This document shows positions 63,163 through 64,000 of a stretch of DNA of 64,000 nucleotides, piece by piece. Source of the stretch: Takakia lepidozioides (taxonomy: Eukaryota > Plantae > Bryophyta). The stretch spans positions 19,964,001-20,028,000 of the forward strand of contig CM060731.1 of the NCBI GenBank assembly GCA_030704615.1, read 5' to 3'. Below the pieces are notes generated by a model, which worked only from the letters and a program-made list of their open reading frames with translations, searched no databases and was not told the origin of the DNA. Position 1 is the stretch's first letter. The number at the start of each line of letters is the position of its first letter. The position numbers and the translations under genes are program-made.

Positions 63163-64000
63163 TGTGGCTGGGAATCCATGAGCTTCTGGCATCCAAACAG
63201 TTGTTGACTTGAGCAGCTCTACGCAAATAAATTAATGAGTGCCATGTTTGGCATCGCTGGAGTAGCGCAGCATGTAGCTGATCATCCATGACTGCACTGC
63301 ACATAAGAGGTAGACAATGGTTAGAGAAGGTGGTCTGGAGTTCCTGCATCTATGATCTCCAGCCAGGGATACCTTCACCTCATTTGTTACTATCACGCCG
63401 ATCATAGACAGAAAGGCCCTCGAGGGTGGCTATCCTAGACCCCTCATCAACTAATGTAATACCAGTTAGGGACTAGTTGGGGACTCCACAACTGCTCCCA
63501 TTGTCCCAACATTCAACAACAATTCATCATCACTCACCATGAAATTACCTGCCTGCAGGTTGTCCGATCCCTCATTCACTTCTACTATACTTTCGGCCAA
63601 CGGCTCTCCTGAATTATTCATGGACCTCTGTCTTCCGGATCTCAACCAAGTAGTTCTAGAATCACCTAGCATACAAGAAACGAGGTTGGATTAGAGGCAT
63701 AACCTTTAAGCAACAGGGATGTGGAGCGTGGGCCGAGCACTTGGCGAGCCGTCTTCCGGAACCCAAGTAGAACAATACACCACCCTCAACACCTTGTGTG
63801 ATTGTAACTCGTAGATCCCCAACGCCAGCCACTCCCAACCATCAGCTCCTTTAAGCCAAAATCCAACTCGAACCACTCGCTGTGAAGCAAAGGTAGTGCC
63901 CACACCCAAGACCACTAGATCAGACGACTGTACTATTGAAGGCCCCACCCGTCAGACCATCAATTAACTGTGAATAAGTAGGTGCCAAGGCGCAGGGCCG
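63163..64000 (-). mobile_element. Unclassified sequence truncating the gypsy pol, probably another retroelement
   Basis: Homology to the 23065-24927 copy ends abruptly at ~63162. No diagnostic motif was recognised. Confidence 0.3.

Overview
Eukaryotic nuclear DNA, probably from a non-seed land plant (inferred from GT-AG introns, PLS-class PPR fragments and plant CACTA and Ty3/gypsy families; the species cannot be determined). The first 8.5 kb holds two apparently intact head-to-head genes: an 8-exon WD40 gene (minus) and an LSD1-type zinc-finger gene with an intronless CDS (plus). The rest is nested, mostly decayed transposons and pseudogenes. These include a CCR-like pseudogene, a 5.15-kb TIR element with an 8-bp TSD carrying an ITPK exon, several gypsy fragments, an LRR-receptor pseudogene, and a 23.9-kb CACTA element (33911-57779, TSD ACC) that splits a gypsy integrase. 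The most notable signal is that the TE-rich region encodes chromatin- and nucleic-acid-acting domains: (1) a spliced, beta-class N6-adenine/N4-cytosine DNA-methyltransferase-like gene (21365-23000); (2) a SET-domain gene directly upstream of the CACTA transposase (41837-43650); (3) a PHD finger on a gypsy integrase; (4) a dUTPase-like domain in a gypsy pol with a -1 frameshift signal. OSB-type PDF motifs are also repeatedly joined to PPR repeats, including a six-copy 375-bp PPR array. Most of these copies carry stops or frameshifts, so function would have to be sought in intact relatives. All family assignments come from manual motif recognition, not database searches.
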